Assembly: GCA_963845755.1 (NCBI GenBank)
Contig: CAWJTV010000011.1
Location: 864,001-928,000 of the forward strand
Direction of reading: 5' to 3'
DNA: 64,000 bases
Source of the DNA: an uncultured Planctomycetota bacterium
GTDB lineage: Bacteria; Planctomycetota; Planctomycetia; Isosphaerales; Isosphaeraceae
Positions within the stretch are counted from its first letter, which is position 1; the number at the start of each line of letters is the position of its first letter. The notes below the pieces were generated by a model, which was given only the letters and a program-made list of their open reading frames with translations, searched no databases and had not been told where the DNA came from. Position numbers and translations under genes: made by a program. This document shows, in pieces, positions 11,667-22,646 of this stretch.

Positions 11667-11993
11667 AAGTCGGCTTCCAGGTCTTTTGAGAGTGTCCACT
11701 GACGAACGATGAATGAGATGCAGCACAACTGGATCCGGGAGCGAGCGACGAAGCTCACCCGTCAAGCATGGTGTCTACCGGACGGACACGCAGAAGGCGA
11801 CCCGCGAACGACGTCGGGCTCGGAAGAGGGCGTGAGGATCGACACGCCGGCCCGAGGGGCACGACGACGAGCCACGAGGTCGGGTCGGCCGCGGTCATCC
11901 GGAGGTCGGAGGGGTCGCCGCGGCGAGCCATTTCGCGACCAGCCGGCCCGCGCCACCCCCTGGTAGGAGCGGGCGCTTACCCTAATCGGAACG

Positions 11994-12081
11994 GACGACC
12001 CCCTCAGAAACCGTTCGCCGGGGAGAGGAAAGGGCTGGAACCCGGACGCGGGATCGGTTCCGGACCCCTTTGACGACCCGG
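11994..12081. repeat. ~88-bp direct repeat, copy 1 (hairpin-containing)
   Basis: GACGACCCCCTCAGAAACCGTTCGCCGGGGAGAGGAAAGGGCTGGAACCCG... The first 51 nt are identical to the copy at 14357. Confidence 0.85.
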
Positions 12082-12222
12082 ACCCCTTTGACGACCTCTG
12101 GACATCATCGTCACGACGCCGGAGGGATTCGCGCGGCGAAAAGACCTCGTCGGCACCATCGAGTGGCCGGCGACGCGGGAGGGCAAGGTGCTGGCTACGG
12201 CGCGGGCAATGCTGGTTAAATA

Positions 12223-14024
12223 TCAGTATCCATCGAAAACACAGCGATCCCGATCTTTCGAAGTATCAACCGGCCTAAGAGACGGGTATTCCAGGTAGAA
12301 ATCTTCGTTGAATTCCTCCCTAGTCATCAGATTGTATGCCGTTGGGTTAGGCCCTAATATGTTCTTAATCTCCTGAATGTGAGCTTCACCGACTTTCCAG
12401 ACACCAACGACCCTGTCTCCGCGGAAAGATTCGGCATTCTCAAACGCTAAGCTGTGCATCGCCTTTGACCGATCTAGATCGACTTGGTCTTTCGTGCGGA
12501 CGACTTTGGAAGAGTCTCCGAAGTACCTGTTGAAGGAGGTTCCTATGCTGAAGAGGTCAGTTTTCCATTTCACACGTTCAGACCATTGCGTGTTCTGAAT
12601 TCCATCCCTAAAGTAGGCCAACCCTACATCCATCCAACGCAATGCATCTTTTGTAACTTTCCCTCCCTCTTCCCCCTGCAAAGCCCTCGCGAATTCGTCC
12701 TGCACCTCCTTGATCAGGTTCGATGCGGCTTTACGGAATCCGACCCAGGCCTCTCCAGCCGTCATCAAATTGCCTTCGATCTGAAGTACCTCCTGTTCCG
12801 AGACGGCTTCGATGCATCGGATCAAGACTGGAAAAACTTGATGCGTTAATCGGGCTATAAGGCTTTCCGCGCGGAGGATTGCTGGATCCCCCCATGTGGG
12901 ATTGCCGAGCCATCGGTTTTGCTTGAACCCGGTCTCTCGGAAATATTCGCTTTCTGCTCCCAGGAACTTCTTTGTGTATGCCGCCTCTTCCGTTCGGCGG
13001 GGGTCCGATTCGTCGTGTCTTTCACCGACTATGTTCAGTTTGTCCCGGACTAAAGGCTTTTGCTGCACGATTTGGCGTAGAGGGGAACGAGGGCCCGGAA
13101 CCCGTTTCCCAGACTGTGATAGTCTTTCAGGCAGAATTGGTCCAGACTCGCTGCACCGAACCGGGGACCAAGGAGCGGGCCGGCAGGATCGCCCCATTCG
13201 CCGCGACCGTGGTGCGAGTGGAAACCGCGCCGGGAAGAGGTGCGACGATCGGTCCAGTGCCGGCGGGCTTCGCCTGGATCGGCATGGCGGCTGTCGCGGC
13301 GCGCAGCCCCATCCGCTCGGCCTCGGCCTCCAGCGCCGGGTCCTGCACCACCGCCACCCCCGCGCCCAGCGGGTTGCGCACCCGGCCGGCGCGCTGCTGC
13401 ACCACGTGGGTCAACTCATGGCCGAGCAGTTGCTGCCCGTGGGTCGACTGGGGGTTGTACTGGCCGGGGGCGAAGTACAGGTCGGTGCCGTGGGTGAAGG
13501 CCAGGGCGCCGATCGAGGAGGCCTCGGGTCCGACGTGGACGCGGACGTCGGCGAAGCTGGCGTTGAAGAAGGACTCCATCTTCTTCTGGATCGCCTCGGG
13601 CAAGGGCTGGCCGCTGCCGGGGGGCTTGAGCGTGAAGTTCGCCGGCAGGGCGAAGGCGTTGCCGGCGTGCGGCTGCACGGCCGTCGCGGCGGCGACCCGA
13701 GGACGGATCGGCTGGGGCGCTTGCTGAGCGGGGGCGCCGCCGGCTGGAGGGCGCCGGGGGCCGAGGATTGGCCGGCAGGATCGGCCGCGGCGGCTGGCCG
13801 GGTCGCGTCGCGGGCTGGAGGGCGCCGTTGGCCGGGCGGCCGGGCAGGATCGGTGCTGGCGCGAGAGCCGGGCGGGCCTGGATCGGGGCCGGCGGCCGGG
13901 CGGGCCTGGCCGGAGCGGGCGAGGCCTGGAGGATCGTCGGCTTGCCGCCGGGAAAGCAGCCCTGGATCACGCGCGAGGGGCCGCCGGCGCGGTGGGGATG
14001 GATCGGACCGGGTGACGATGTCAT
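12223..14024 (-). CDS. DUF4157 (eCIS-associated core) domain protein with Pro-rich N-terminus and variable lower-GC C-terminal domain (frameshifted)
   Basis: GSGQPLPEAIQKKMESFFNASFADVRVHVG...GALAFTHGTDLYFAPGQYNP...LLGHELTHVVQQ in 13127..13678. N-terminus in 13416..14024, C-terminal domain in 12223..13197. Confidence 0.8.
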
Positions 14025-14356
14025 GGGTGCTCAACCTTCGCCTGCCAGGACCCGATCGCCGACGAACCCGCGGACGACCGCGCTCGTTGCCTCGCCGACG
14101 CCTGACGCATTCCTCCGCCATCGGATCGATCGTCCATTCCAGCGTGACCTGAGACCGCTGTGAAGTCAAGAGAACGGCATTCAACCAAATCAATTCGAGT
14201 TCGGGCAAGAACCGCCCCCCGCCCGGTCCTGGACCGCTGCGTTGGTCGGCCCGTCAGTCGTCGACATCGCTCGTCGCGTTCGTCGGGAAGTGCGACGGCA
14301 TCGGCCCCCGGCGGTCCGGCGCCGTCGGAGAAAACCAGGGAGACCTGGTAGCCGTT

Positions 14357-14445
14357 GACGACCCCCTCAGAAACCGTTCGCCGGGGAGAGGAAAGGGCTG
14401 GAACCCGAACGCGGAAGCGGTCCCGGACCCCTTTGGCGACCCCGG
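14357..14445. repeat. ~88-bp direct repeat, copy 2
   Basis: Near-identical to 11994-12081, same orientation. Confidence 0.85.
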
Positions 14446-14595
14446 AAAATGCTCTTTCAGCGGGGAGCGGACTCACTCGTACTGTGCCCAACGTCGAGGT
14501 CACCAGCGCACCGAGGATTGTCGCCGTAGGCTCGCGAGGTGGTCATGGCCCTGGTACAATCCGGCCGTCTCGACAACGGTGGAGGAGGTCCCGAA

Positions 14596-15342
14596 ATGAT
14601 CGTCGATCGGTTCGTCGCCCGGCGCGCTTGCGCTCTGGCGGCCGTCGGCCTGGTCGTGACCGGTTGGGGGCTGCTTCCGGCACTCATCGAGCCGGCTCGG
14701 GCACAGGACGCACCATCGAACCGCCGGCCGGCTTCGGAACCCCAGGGTCGCTCGCCCGTCGTTGGCGAACGGGTCCGCGCGTACGATCGGTCCGTACCCC
14801 GCTCCGCCGAGATCCGCAGGGTTGCATTGACCGTGCTGGATGACGAGACGAGCCGGCCGCTGGCCGATATCGAGGTGCGGGTCGAGAATCACATCGACGT
14901 CTGGGCTTATGTGTTTCGGACGGATCCCGCGGTCGCCTCGTCCTGGAGTATCCGTTGATGCACGGAGAACCCATTCTCAGCATCGCGGCCCGGAAAGACG
15001 GTTACGTCCCGCTCGGACAGGGTTGGGGATTCGGGGAGAATTCCCGTCCGCCCGAAGCCTGGACATTCCGGCTCCGGCGCGGCACCACGATGGGCGGCAT
15101 CGTCGTCGCCGTGGCCGAACGGCCCGTGGAAGGGGCGACGGTTGCTGGTGTCCGTTACGAAATACGGCCTCGGCGAGCGACCCGCCAACCCGACTGGCTA
15201 CGAGTCCTATTACGGCATCCCTTCGCGCACCGGACCCGATGGCCGGTGGCGGACCGACAGCGTGCCTCCGGGCGCCGACGTGGTCAAGCTTAAGTTGATC
15301 CATCCGGACTTCGTCAGCGATGGCAGCGCGACACTCGGATAA
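14596..15342 (+). pseudogene. Carboxypeptidase regulatory-like domain protein, N-terminal fragment
   Basis: Signal-like start after GGAGG; TVLDDETSRPLADIEV, LRRGTTMGGIVV...RPVEGATV and RTGPDGRWRTDSVP...IHPDF repeats across shifted frames. Ends just before ISKra4. Confidence 0.6.
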
Positions 15343-15380
15343 GCCTGGGCGTTTCGACGACTTACTCATGGATGTTAGGG

Positions 15381-16795
15381 GAGTGCGGCCGAAACTTGAT
15401 GTAGCTCTGTAGTTAGTGGAATTCTCATGTCAAGCTGCAACTGGAAACCCATACTGGTCCACCTTCGACCAGAACTGCCCCCAGCGTTCCGGCGTGTACG
15501 TCAAGCACCGCAGGCTCAGGACCGCCGCCGCTCCCTCTTCCTTCCACCTCATTCCCGAGCCGCACAGCCGCTGCTTCACGATCACCTTGCATGCCGCCTC
15601 GGTCACCCCGGAGCCGATCGGTTCATTGGCCACCACTCGTGCGGCATAGTTCATCCGCCCCTCTCCATGTTGGTTCTTGAAATACCTCACCGCGTCAATG
15701 ACTCCCTCGCTCTCCTTCGCCCACGGCCGGACTCGTGCCTTGGATTGCAGCTCCCGAATCACCCGGCCCGCTCCCCCCACCTCGTGTTTCAGGATGTGGC
15801 ACATCTCCTCCAGCCAAACCCGCTTTGCTCCCTCCTGGCCGCGGAATAACACCGCCGCGGCGCCGCCCAGGTATTCGGCCGCGTGCCAGAAATCCACGAC
15901 CTGCACGGCGGTATGCCGCTCCAAGAAGTCCCAATTCCCCTTGGCCCCATCGGCGATCCCGATGAACCGTACGCCGGGGAGTTCCGCTCGGGCTCGTTCG
16001 ACCTCGCGGGTCATCCGCTCCAGGAAGGTCGCCTTGCCGTATTCGGGGGTCGCCCCCAGGTAGATGGTGTGCAACCGCTCCCCATCCGCGTCGTAGAATC
16101 CCAAGGTCCCCACCATCGTCTCCGCCAACCGTCTTCGCTCAGGTGCATGCAGGACCCATCCAGGCCGACGCTCACCGACGCGGGTGGCTCATCCCACCGC
16201 GGCAAGGAGTAGCTCCACGATTCCTCCTTGGCCAAGGCCACCGCCGCCACGGCGTCGGCCAGGTCCTGGACCAGGCACTTCGAGACCGAGCGGCCATGAT
16301 TGTCCAGAAGGTCGCGCCGCACGCGGGCGGCGCCGAACTCGGCGTACTTGCTCGAGACGACCTTGGCAAACAACGGGGTGGAGGTCACGATGATCCGTGC
16401 CGCGGCTCGAGCGGGCAGAAGGTCGGCCCTCCCGGGGGAGACTGGTAGACGTGCCGGTCGATCGAGACGGTGCCGTACGGGGTTTGATACTCCTTGGGGA
16501 GTTGCCCTTTGCTGTACAGGGTCGTGGGACCGACTTGGATGGGAGATCCATCGGCGTCGAACCGCCGGAGTTGCACGGCCGTGGCCAGAGTGCCGGCCTC
16601 ATTGAGTTCTTGCTGGAGCCGGGCCTCGAAGTCGAGCATCGACCTGTCGAACGGCACGGTGATCTGCAGAGTGATACGGTCGGGAGACGAAACGACGAAC
16701 TGGGCAGCCATGGCTTGACTCCTGGAGTGGGTAATTGATGGAGCCAAGACACCAAAATCAACCGAGAAAATCAACATCAGGTTTCGGCCGCACCC
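15381..16795 (-). mobile_element. ISKra4-family (IS256-like) insertion sequence
   Basis: IRs GAGTGCGGCCGAAACTTGATGT (15381-15402) and ACATCAGGTTTCGGCCGCACCC (16774-16795). Frameshifted transposase ~16711..15430 with IADGAKGNW, VDFWHAAEYL, PIGSGVTEAACKVIVKQRLCGSGMRW. Confidence 0.9.
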
Positions 16796-17599
16796 CTCAT
16801 GGATTGTCCGCCGAACTTGAACCCCTCACCGCCGCTTCCGAGGTCCTCCTTCCGGTTGAGGCCCCTGTGCTTGGCCTGCACAGCCTCGATAAGTTGCGGC
16901 GAACGTCGGCCGTCTTCCGCGAACGTCTTGCGGGATGGTTGGTTGGTGGGGCTGCGTCGGCCCTGGGGACGCAGCACAGTGCTCGGGGCGATGAGAGGCA
17001 CAAGACGCACAAATTACATTTACAGAACAAAGGTGTCGCATTATCAGACGCTGTAGCCGCAGCACGAGGCGGACCTTGGAGCCCCTCCGGATCTCGCGAG
17101 TCCCAGTTGCTTCGGTGTCTCGGACCGAAGCAGGAAGGTGAAGGCTTATTCGTCCCCATTGACCATCGGAAGAGTTTACCCTGGGGGCGCGTCCGACTAA
17201 GGATTATCTACGCCCAGGTATTGAACACGGAGTGCAATCCGACGAAGTCGCCGCAGAACGATTGAACTAGGCGAGCACGGCTCAGGGATAACCAGCACTC
17301 GCTGCGGTTCGACTCCGATCCCCGCTCGGGGTCATTTATTGCCGTCCTTCGCCTTCGGCGGCGGGGCCCCGTCGAACTGGTGCGGAAGTCGCAGCATTCT
17401 CGCGGCGCGGTCGAGATTGTCACGGAGCCAATGCGTGGGCAGCCTCACTTTGCAACTGCGGCTGAGGTCGCCGACTGTCCGGACGGCAGCCCAATGGATG
17501 TGAACGTCCGGTGTGAGCGGGGCATTCCGTTCCATTTGCCCTAACTGGCGGCCAAAAGGGAGAAGCTCGTCATAGAGTGAGTCAGCTACTGGCCGTTTT

Positions 17600-18470
17600 A
17601 TCCCAACCACAAAGTTCGCCGCGTCCCCAGGCTTGCCCCATTCGGTTGGACAGAGCCGCATAGCGTCGCATACGAAGAATCCGCCGGCTCATATGTCGGC
17701 GTCCCCGACCCGGCCCCGGGGCCATCACAGTGGCCGCCGACGGCGAGCTCTATCGGCCTGCGTGCGTTCGACCCCCGCGACCGTTTCCGAGGTAGCGCAG
17801 CCCCAGCCCCGGGGATTCCCGATTGATCTTCACAACACGAGGCTACCTGGCTCGCTGGAAGAAGGCGTGCCGGTGGCCCTTTACCAATGCAAGTTGATCG
17901 CCATCGTGCTCGTTGACCCCGCCGAGAAGGACGGGCCACTGAACCTTGACGTGGCCCTTGAGCACGATGTCAAGCGAAAGGGAACGGTCCTCGGCCCTGA
18001 CGATTGACGCTGAGCGGCGCGTGAATCTCCGGCCACCACTAAGGGCCTGGTGAGGAAGGCCCGCTCCCATCCGCCGAGTTCGTCATCTATGGGCTCGACC
18101 CCAAGCGGCCGCGTCGGATCACGGCCGTCCACGAGGAGCGACGCCTAATCGGCTGCGTGACGGGACTGCGGGGTGACGAGATTGGGCCATACGCCATCAG
18201 GCTCCAGCCCTGGGGCACCATAACCGGTCGGCTAGTGGACGCGGCGGGTGCCCCGCGGAAGATGGTAATGATCTGGCCGAAGGACGGCCGGGACTATCGG
18301 CCGGCCTCTTCAACGTCCAGACTGATGGTGACGGACGCTTCCGGCTGGAACGGGAGATCCCGGGCCTCAATTACTCCGAGACCCTGGTGGGTGTCCAACC
18401 CGGCGAGCGTGGCTTTCCATTCGAACACGTCGTTCTGAAGGCCGGAGAGTCGAGGACCTCGGCGATGTCA
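17600..18470 (+). pseudogene. Degenerate C-terminal fragment of a carboxypeptidase-regulatory-like repeat protein
   Basis: LDVALEHDVKRKGTVLGPD, YGLDPKRPRRITAVHEERRL and IRLQPWGTITGRLVDAAGAP, interrupted by stops and frameshifts. Confidence 0.5.
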
Positions 18471-18872
18471 AAGCGAGGCCCAACAGGTGAGTGGAGTGGT
18501 GTGGGCCTCACACGGATCGGGTATTTCGCCCGGCTGGTCAGGGGTGTGCAGTCGGGCTCGACCCCCGGCGAGGCGTGGACGATGAAGGCCTTGGTGGTCG
18601 TGGCGGTGCTCATCGCCGATTTCCGCGGAGGGGAAACTGTCCGACATTCTGATCGGCCTGCACGGATGTTGCGGATTGCCCCATCGTTCTCAGTCCCTTC
18701 CTCGCCCTCGGTTCCGTCGTCCGTCAGGTCCAGAGCCGGCGAGGTCCTGATGACCAGGGCGATTCTGCCGTGATTTCGCCGCGATTGCCTGTGATTGACC
18801 GCCGGCCGCGAGTAATCTGACCCTCGGTTTGTCTCAGAAAACCGACTGACAACCCGAGGGAGTACCGGTGAT

Positions 18873-19000
18873 GGACGACACCCATTACGCGAGTTCTCGC
18901 CCGGTCCACGCATCCGTATCACCGCCGCTACGAGGCCCTCGCGCCGTGTTCCTCGACGGCCGCTCTCAGAAGGACGTCGCCGAACACTTCGGCTAACCGC
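18873..19000 (+). pseudogene. Remnant HTH ORF typical of an IS accessory/transposase N-terminus
   Basis: Across shifted frames reads YHRRYEAL-AVFLDGRSQKDVAEHFG. Confidence 0.35.
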
Positions 19001-19024
19001 CCGCGTCCCGGGGTCCATTTTTTT

Positions 19025-19134
19025 CTAGGATGGCAAAAGTCGCTGGGAATCGCCGTAAGTCCTTTGGCGATGGTCGGCGGTCCGACCGAGGAATAACGAC
19101 TTACGTCAAATCCAAGTCACCTTTGCCATCCTAG
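19025..19134. mobile_element. ~110-bp MITE with CTAGG terminal inverted repeats
   Basis: CTAGGATGGCAAAAGT (from 19025) / ACCTTTGCCATCCTAG (to 19134). The TIR resembles that of the IS at 19646-21351. T7 tract on the left (19018-19024) and T7 after the IS630 (22071-22077). Confidence 0.75.
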
Positions 19135-22067
19135 TGCTTTGTCACAGCTAAAAATTGGGGTTGGGGAAACCTCCGCGACCGTGGATGATACGGGGAACAA
19201 GGAGGCCCCCATGAACAAGAAGTACATTGTCCGGCTTACGGCTGAGGAACGGGACGAGTTGGCGGCCGTGATCAAGAAGTTGAAGGGAACCAGCGAGAAG
19301 GTTGAACGCGCCCAGATCCTGTTCAAGGCCGATGCGGACGGTCCGAACTGGACCGATCGTCGCATCGCCGAGGCGTTCGGATGCCGAACGCAGACCGTCG
19401 AGAACATTCGTCAGCGTCTCGTGGAGTACGGCTTTCGAGAGGCATTGGACCGCGGCAGGCGCCAGATGCCGCCGGTCGAGAAGCTACTCAACGGCGAACA
19501 GGAGGCGAAGATCATCGCCACACGGCTCGGGTCACCGCCCCCGGGTTATGCCAACTGGACGCTGCGGCTCTTAGCTCGAAAGGTGGTGGAACTGGGGATC
19601 GTCGAAACCGTCAGTTACGAGACGGTGCGGCGGACTCTGAAAAAACTAGGGTAGCAAAAGTAGCTGGTCAGCCCCTCGGCTCGGTATAATGGACGTAAGA
19701 ATAGAGCAGAGGAGGCTTTCCATGCGTAATCGCAAACGACGACAACCACGACCACAACCGGATCGCGACCTGACCCTCACCCCGGTCCTTTTGAACTGCC
19801 CCGAGTGCCGGCACCGGACCGGTGCCGACTACAACAACTTTCGCACCATCAGCACCCTCGACGGCGTCTTCCGGCTGACCCTGACGATCCGACGCTGCCC
19901 CAATCCCGCCTGCTCCCGCTTCCTCCGTCCCTACCGCCCCGAGGCTGAGCCCCATTTCGCCTTGCCCTATCACGAGTTCGGCCTCGACGTCATGGCCCTG
20001 GTGGGCCGGCTCCGCTATGCCGAGCACCGCAGCATCCCCGAGATCCACCGCGAGCTCACGCACCGCGGGCTCATCCTGGCCAAGCACACCGTCACCAACC
20101 TGTTGGACCGCTACGACGAGCTGCGGTCCCTGGCCACGGCCGATCCCCAGCGACTGGGTCCGCTGTTGCCCCGCAGGGCCGCGTCATCCTGGCCATCGAC
20201 GGCCTGCAGCCGGATGTCGGCCACGAGGTCCTCTGGGTGCTGCGCGACTGCCTCTCCGGCGAGATCTCCTGGCCAAGAGCCTGCTGTAGTCCACCGCCAA
20301 GGACCTGGCTGGCCTGATCGACCAGGTGCGAGAGGCCCTGCCAGTGCCGATTACCGGCGTGGTCTCCGACGGTCAGGAGAGCATCCGCAACGCCGTGGGT
20401 ATGGCCCTCAAAGGTGTCCCCCATCAACTCTGCCATTTCCACTACCTCCGCGAGGCGGCCAAGCCGATCTACGAGGCGGATCGCCACGCCAAGAAAGAGT
20501 TGAAGAAGCGGGTGCGGGGGATCCGGAAGATCGAGCGTGCGGCGGAGAAGACGCTGGAGGACGACGAGGAGGACGCGGAGGCGAAGGTGGTGCGGGATTA
20601 CTGCGCCGCGGTGCGCGGGGCCTTGACCGACGACGCCCTGCCGCCGCTGGTGGCCTCCGGGCTAAAGCGGCAGGATCGATTGAGCCGGATTGCCGCCAGC
20701 CTGGACCATTTGGTCGCCACGGCGGGGGCCTGGCCCGGGGGCTTGAAACGGCTGCAGCAGGTGCTGCGGCGCGGGCTGGAGGAGACGGCCGCGTTGTTCC
20801 CGGCGGTGCGGGAGTCTTACCAGTGGGTCAAGCGCACCGCCCGGATCCTCAAGAACGAGGAGGGGCTGCCGGCGAAGAAAGTGCGACGACGGATGGTGCA
20901 ACTGCTGGTACGGATGCACAGGGCGGCGGCCACGACAACCGAGCCCGCGGTGCGAGCGGGTTTGAAGCAGTTCGTGAAGGTGACTCGGAGCTACTGGCCG
21001 GGCTTGTTTGCCTGCTACGACTCGGCGGACCTGCCGCGGACGAATAACGACCTGGAACACACCTTCGGCAGTCATCGCTACCACGAGCGCCGGGCCAGCG
21101 GTCGGCGTCGGGGGTCGCCGGGCTTGGTGGTGATGGGCTCGGCGCGGGTGATCTCGGGGCTGGCGACGCGGCGGCGGCCGGACGAAGGCTTGGTGCTGAG
21201 CCCGGGCTATCTTGAGGGCTGGAAGAAAGTCCGCACGGAGTTGGAGGCGCGGCGGGAATCGCGGCGGAAGCAACGCCGGTTCCGCCACAATCCCGATGCC
21301 TACCTCAAGGAGTTGGAGCACCGCTGCCTCCAGCTAACTTTGCCAGCCTAGAAAAAAACGGGATGACCAACCGCAAGCTTGAGTACTGGGTCATCCCGCC
21401 CGAGGCTGACGGTGAGTTCGTGGCCCACATGGAAGAGGTGCTGGAGACCTACGCCAAGCCTTACGACTCGATGCGGCCGATCCTGTCCATGGACGAACAG
21501 CCGGTGCAATTGCTGAAGGAGTCCCGCGTGCCGATCCCTGCCACGCGCCGACACGCCAAGCGCGTCAACTACGAATACGAGCGTGCCGGGACGGCGAACA
21601 TCTTTATGTTCACCGAGCCGCTGGCGGGCTGGCGCGAGGTGGCCGTCCGGGATACCAAGACCAAGGTTGAACTGGGCGATCGAGATGGCCGCGCTGTTGG
21701 AGGGCCGTTATGCCAGTGCCGAGCGAGTGATCGTGGTATGCGACAACTTGAACACGCACACCAAGGGTGCCTTCTACGAAGTCTTTGCACCGCCCCGTGC
21801 TCGCCAGTTGGTCCGCCGCATCGAGTTCTGCTACACCCCCAAGCACGGCAGTTGGCTGAACATCGCCGAGAACGAGCTCAGCTCGTTGACGCGGCAGTGT
21901 ATAGCCGGCCGCCGCTTCGGTGATGCCCAGGCGCTGCGAGTGGAGACCACCGCTTGGTCAACCGACGTCAACAGCACCCAGCGCGGAGTGGATTGGCAGA
22001 TGAAGATCGACGATGCCCGCTCCAAATTGAAGTCGATCTACCCCAAAATTAAGCTGTGACAGAGCAC
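19134..22067 (+). mobile_element. IS630-family element (orfA 19211..~19645, orfB ~21352..22059) interrupted by a nested IS
   Basis: IRs GTGCTTTGTCACAGCTAAAAATTGGGG / CCCCAAAATTAAGCTGTGACAGAGCAC, with TA (in CTAG) on both sides. Motifs MNKKYIVRLTAEER, WTLRLLA, MDEQP, CDNLNTH, YTPKHGSWLNIAE. Confidence 0.92.
19646..21351 (+). mobile_element. Nested IS with MULE/IS256-like DDE transposase (ISNCY-like, family uncertain; frameshifted)
   Basis: IRs CTAGGGTAGCAAAAGTAGCTGG / CCAGCTAACTTTGCCAGCCTAG, flanked by A6 and A7. Zn-finger CPEC...RRCPNPAC, LAIDGLQPD, VVSDGQ, HQLCHFHYLRE, PRTNNDLE. Confidence 0.85.
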
Positions 22068-22399
22068 TAGTTTTTTTCTTACCTATCGCTTCGCAGGCGA
22101 TCAAACAGCCGCGTGGCGACTGGCGGCGGGACGGTCCTCACATCGATGAGTCAGCCCATGGCACAGCGATGCGTGCATGATCCTGTCCCCGGGTCGTCGC
22201 CGGACCGTTGCCTCAGCCGACCGGGAGCAATCGACCCTCAGAACGCACGTGCTGCCGACGGCTCGGGCTCGAAGGGGTTGGGTGGACGGCGGCGCACACC
22301 GAGGTCCTGCTCGGTGAATCCCCACACGATCCGGGTGCGAGGTGCGACGGTTCCTCAGCCTCGGGCCGTACACACCCCAGCCAGCGCCGCGGCCATCTC

Positions 22400-22560
22400 C
22401 GGGGCTTCGGCTGTGCTCCAGGGCTTTCGCCCGGCGTCGCACCCGACGGCGACGACGCGCGATCGTCGCCGCCGCAGCCTCATCGCGACGATACGTCAGG
22501 AAGTGCTCGGGGTGAGCGGCGATCCAAACGTCGGGCAGCAGCGACTCCAAGTCCACCTGG
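22400..22560 (-). pseudogene. IS66-family transposase C-terminal remnant
   Basis: DLESLLPDVWIAAHPEHFLTYRRDEA...RRRRR resembles the IS66 C-terminal LLPxxW element. Confidence 0.5.
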
Positions 22561-22646
22561 GACCAACGACACCAACCAGATGACTGAGAGCTCTTGACAC
22601 GACGAAGCGATGGTGTCACTTGGGCGAGGCGAAACTGCTTTCCCGA

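Noticed and set aside
11700..11980. Possible IS66 right-end remnants (HNW...; GGGCGCTTAC)
   Set aside because: Too short and degenerate, with no matching left end, to annotate.
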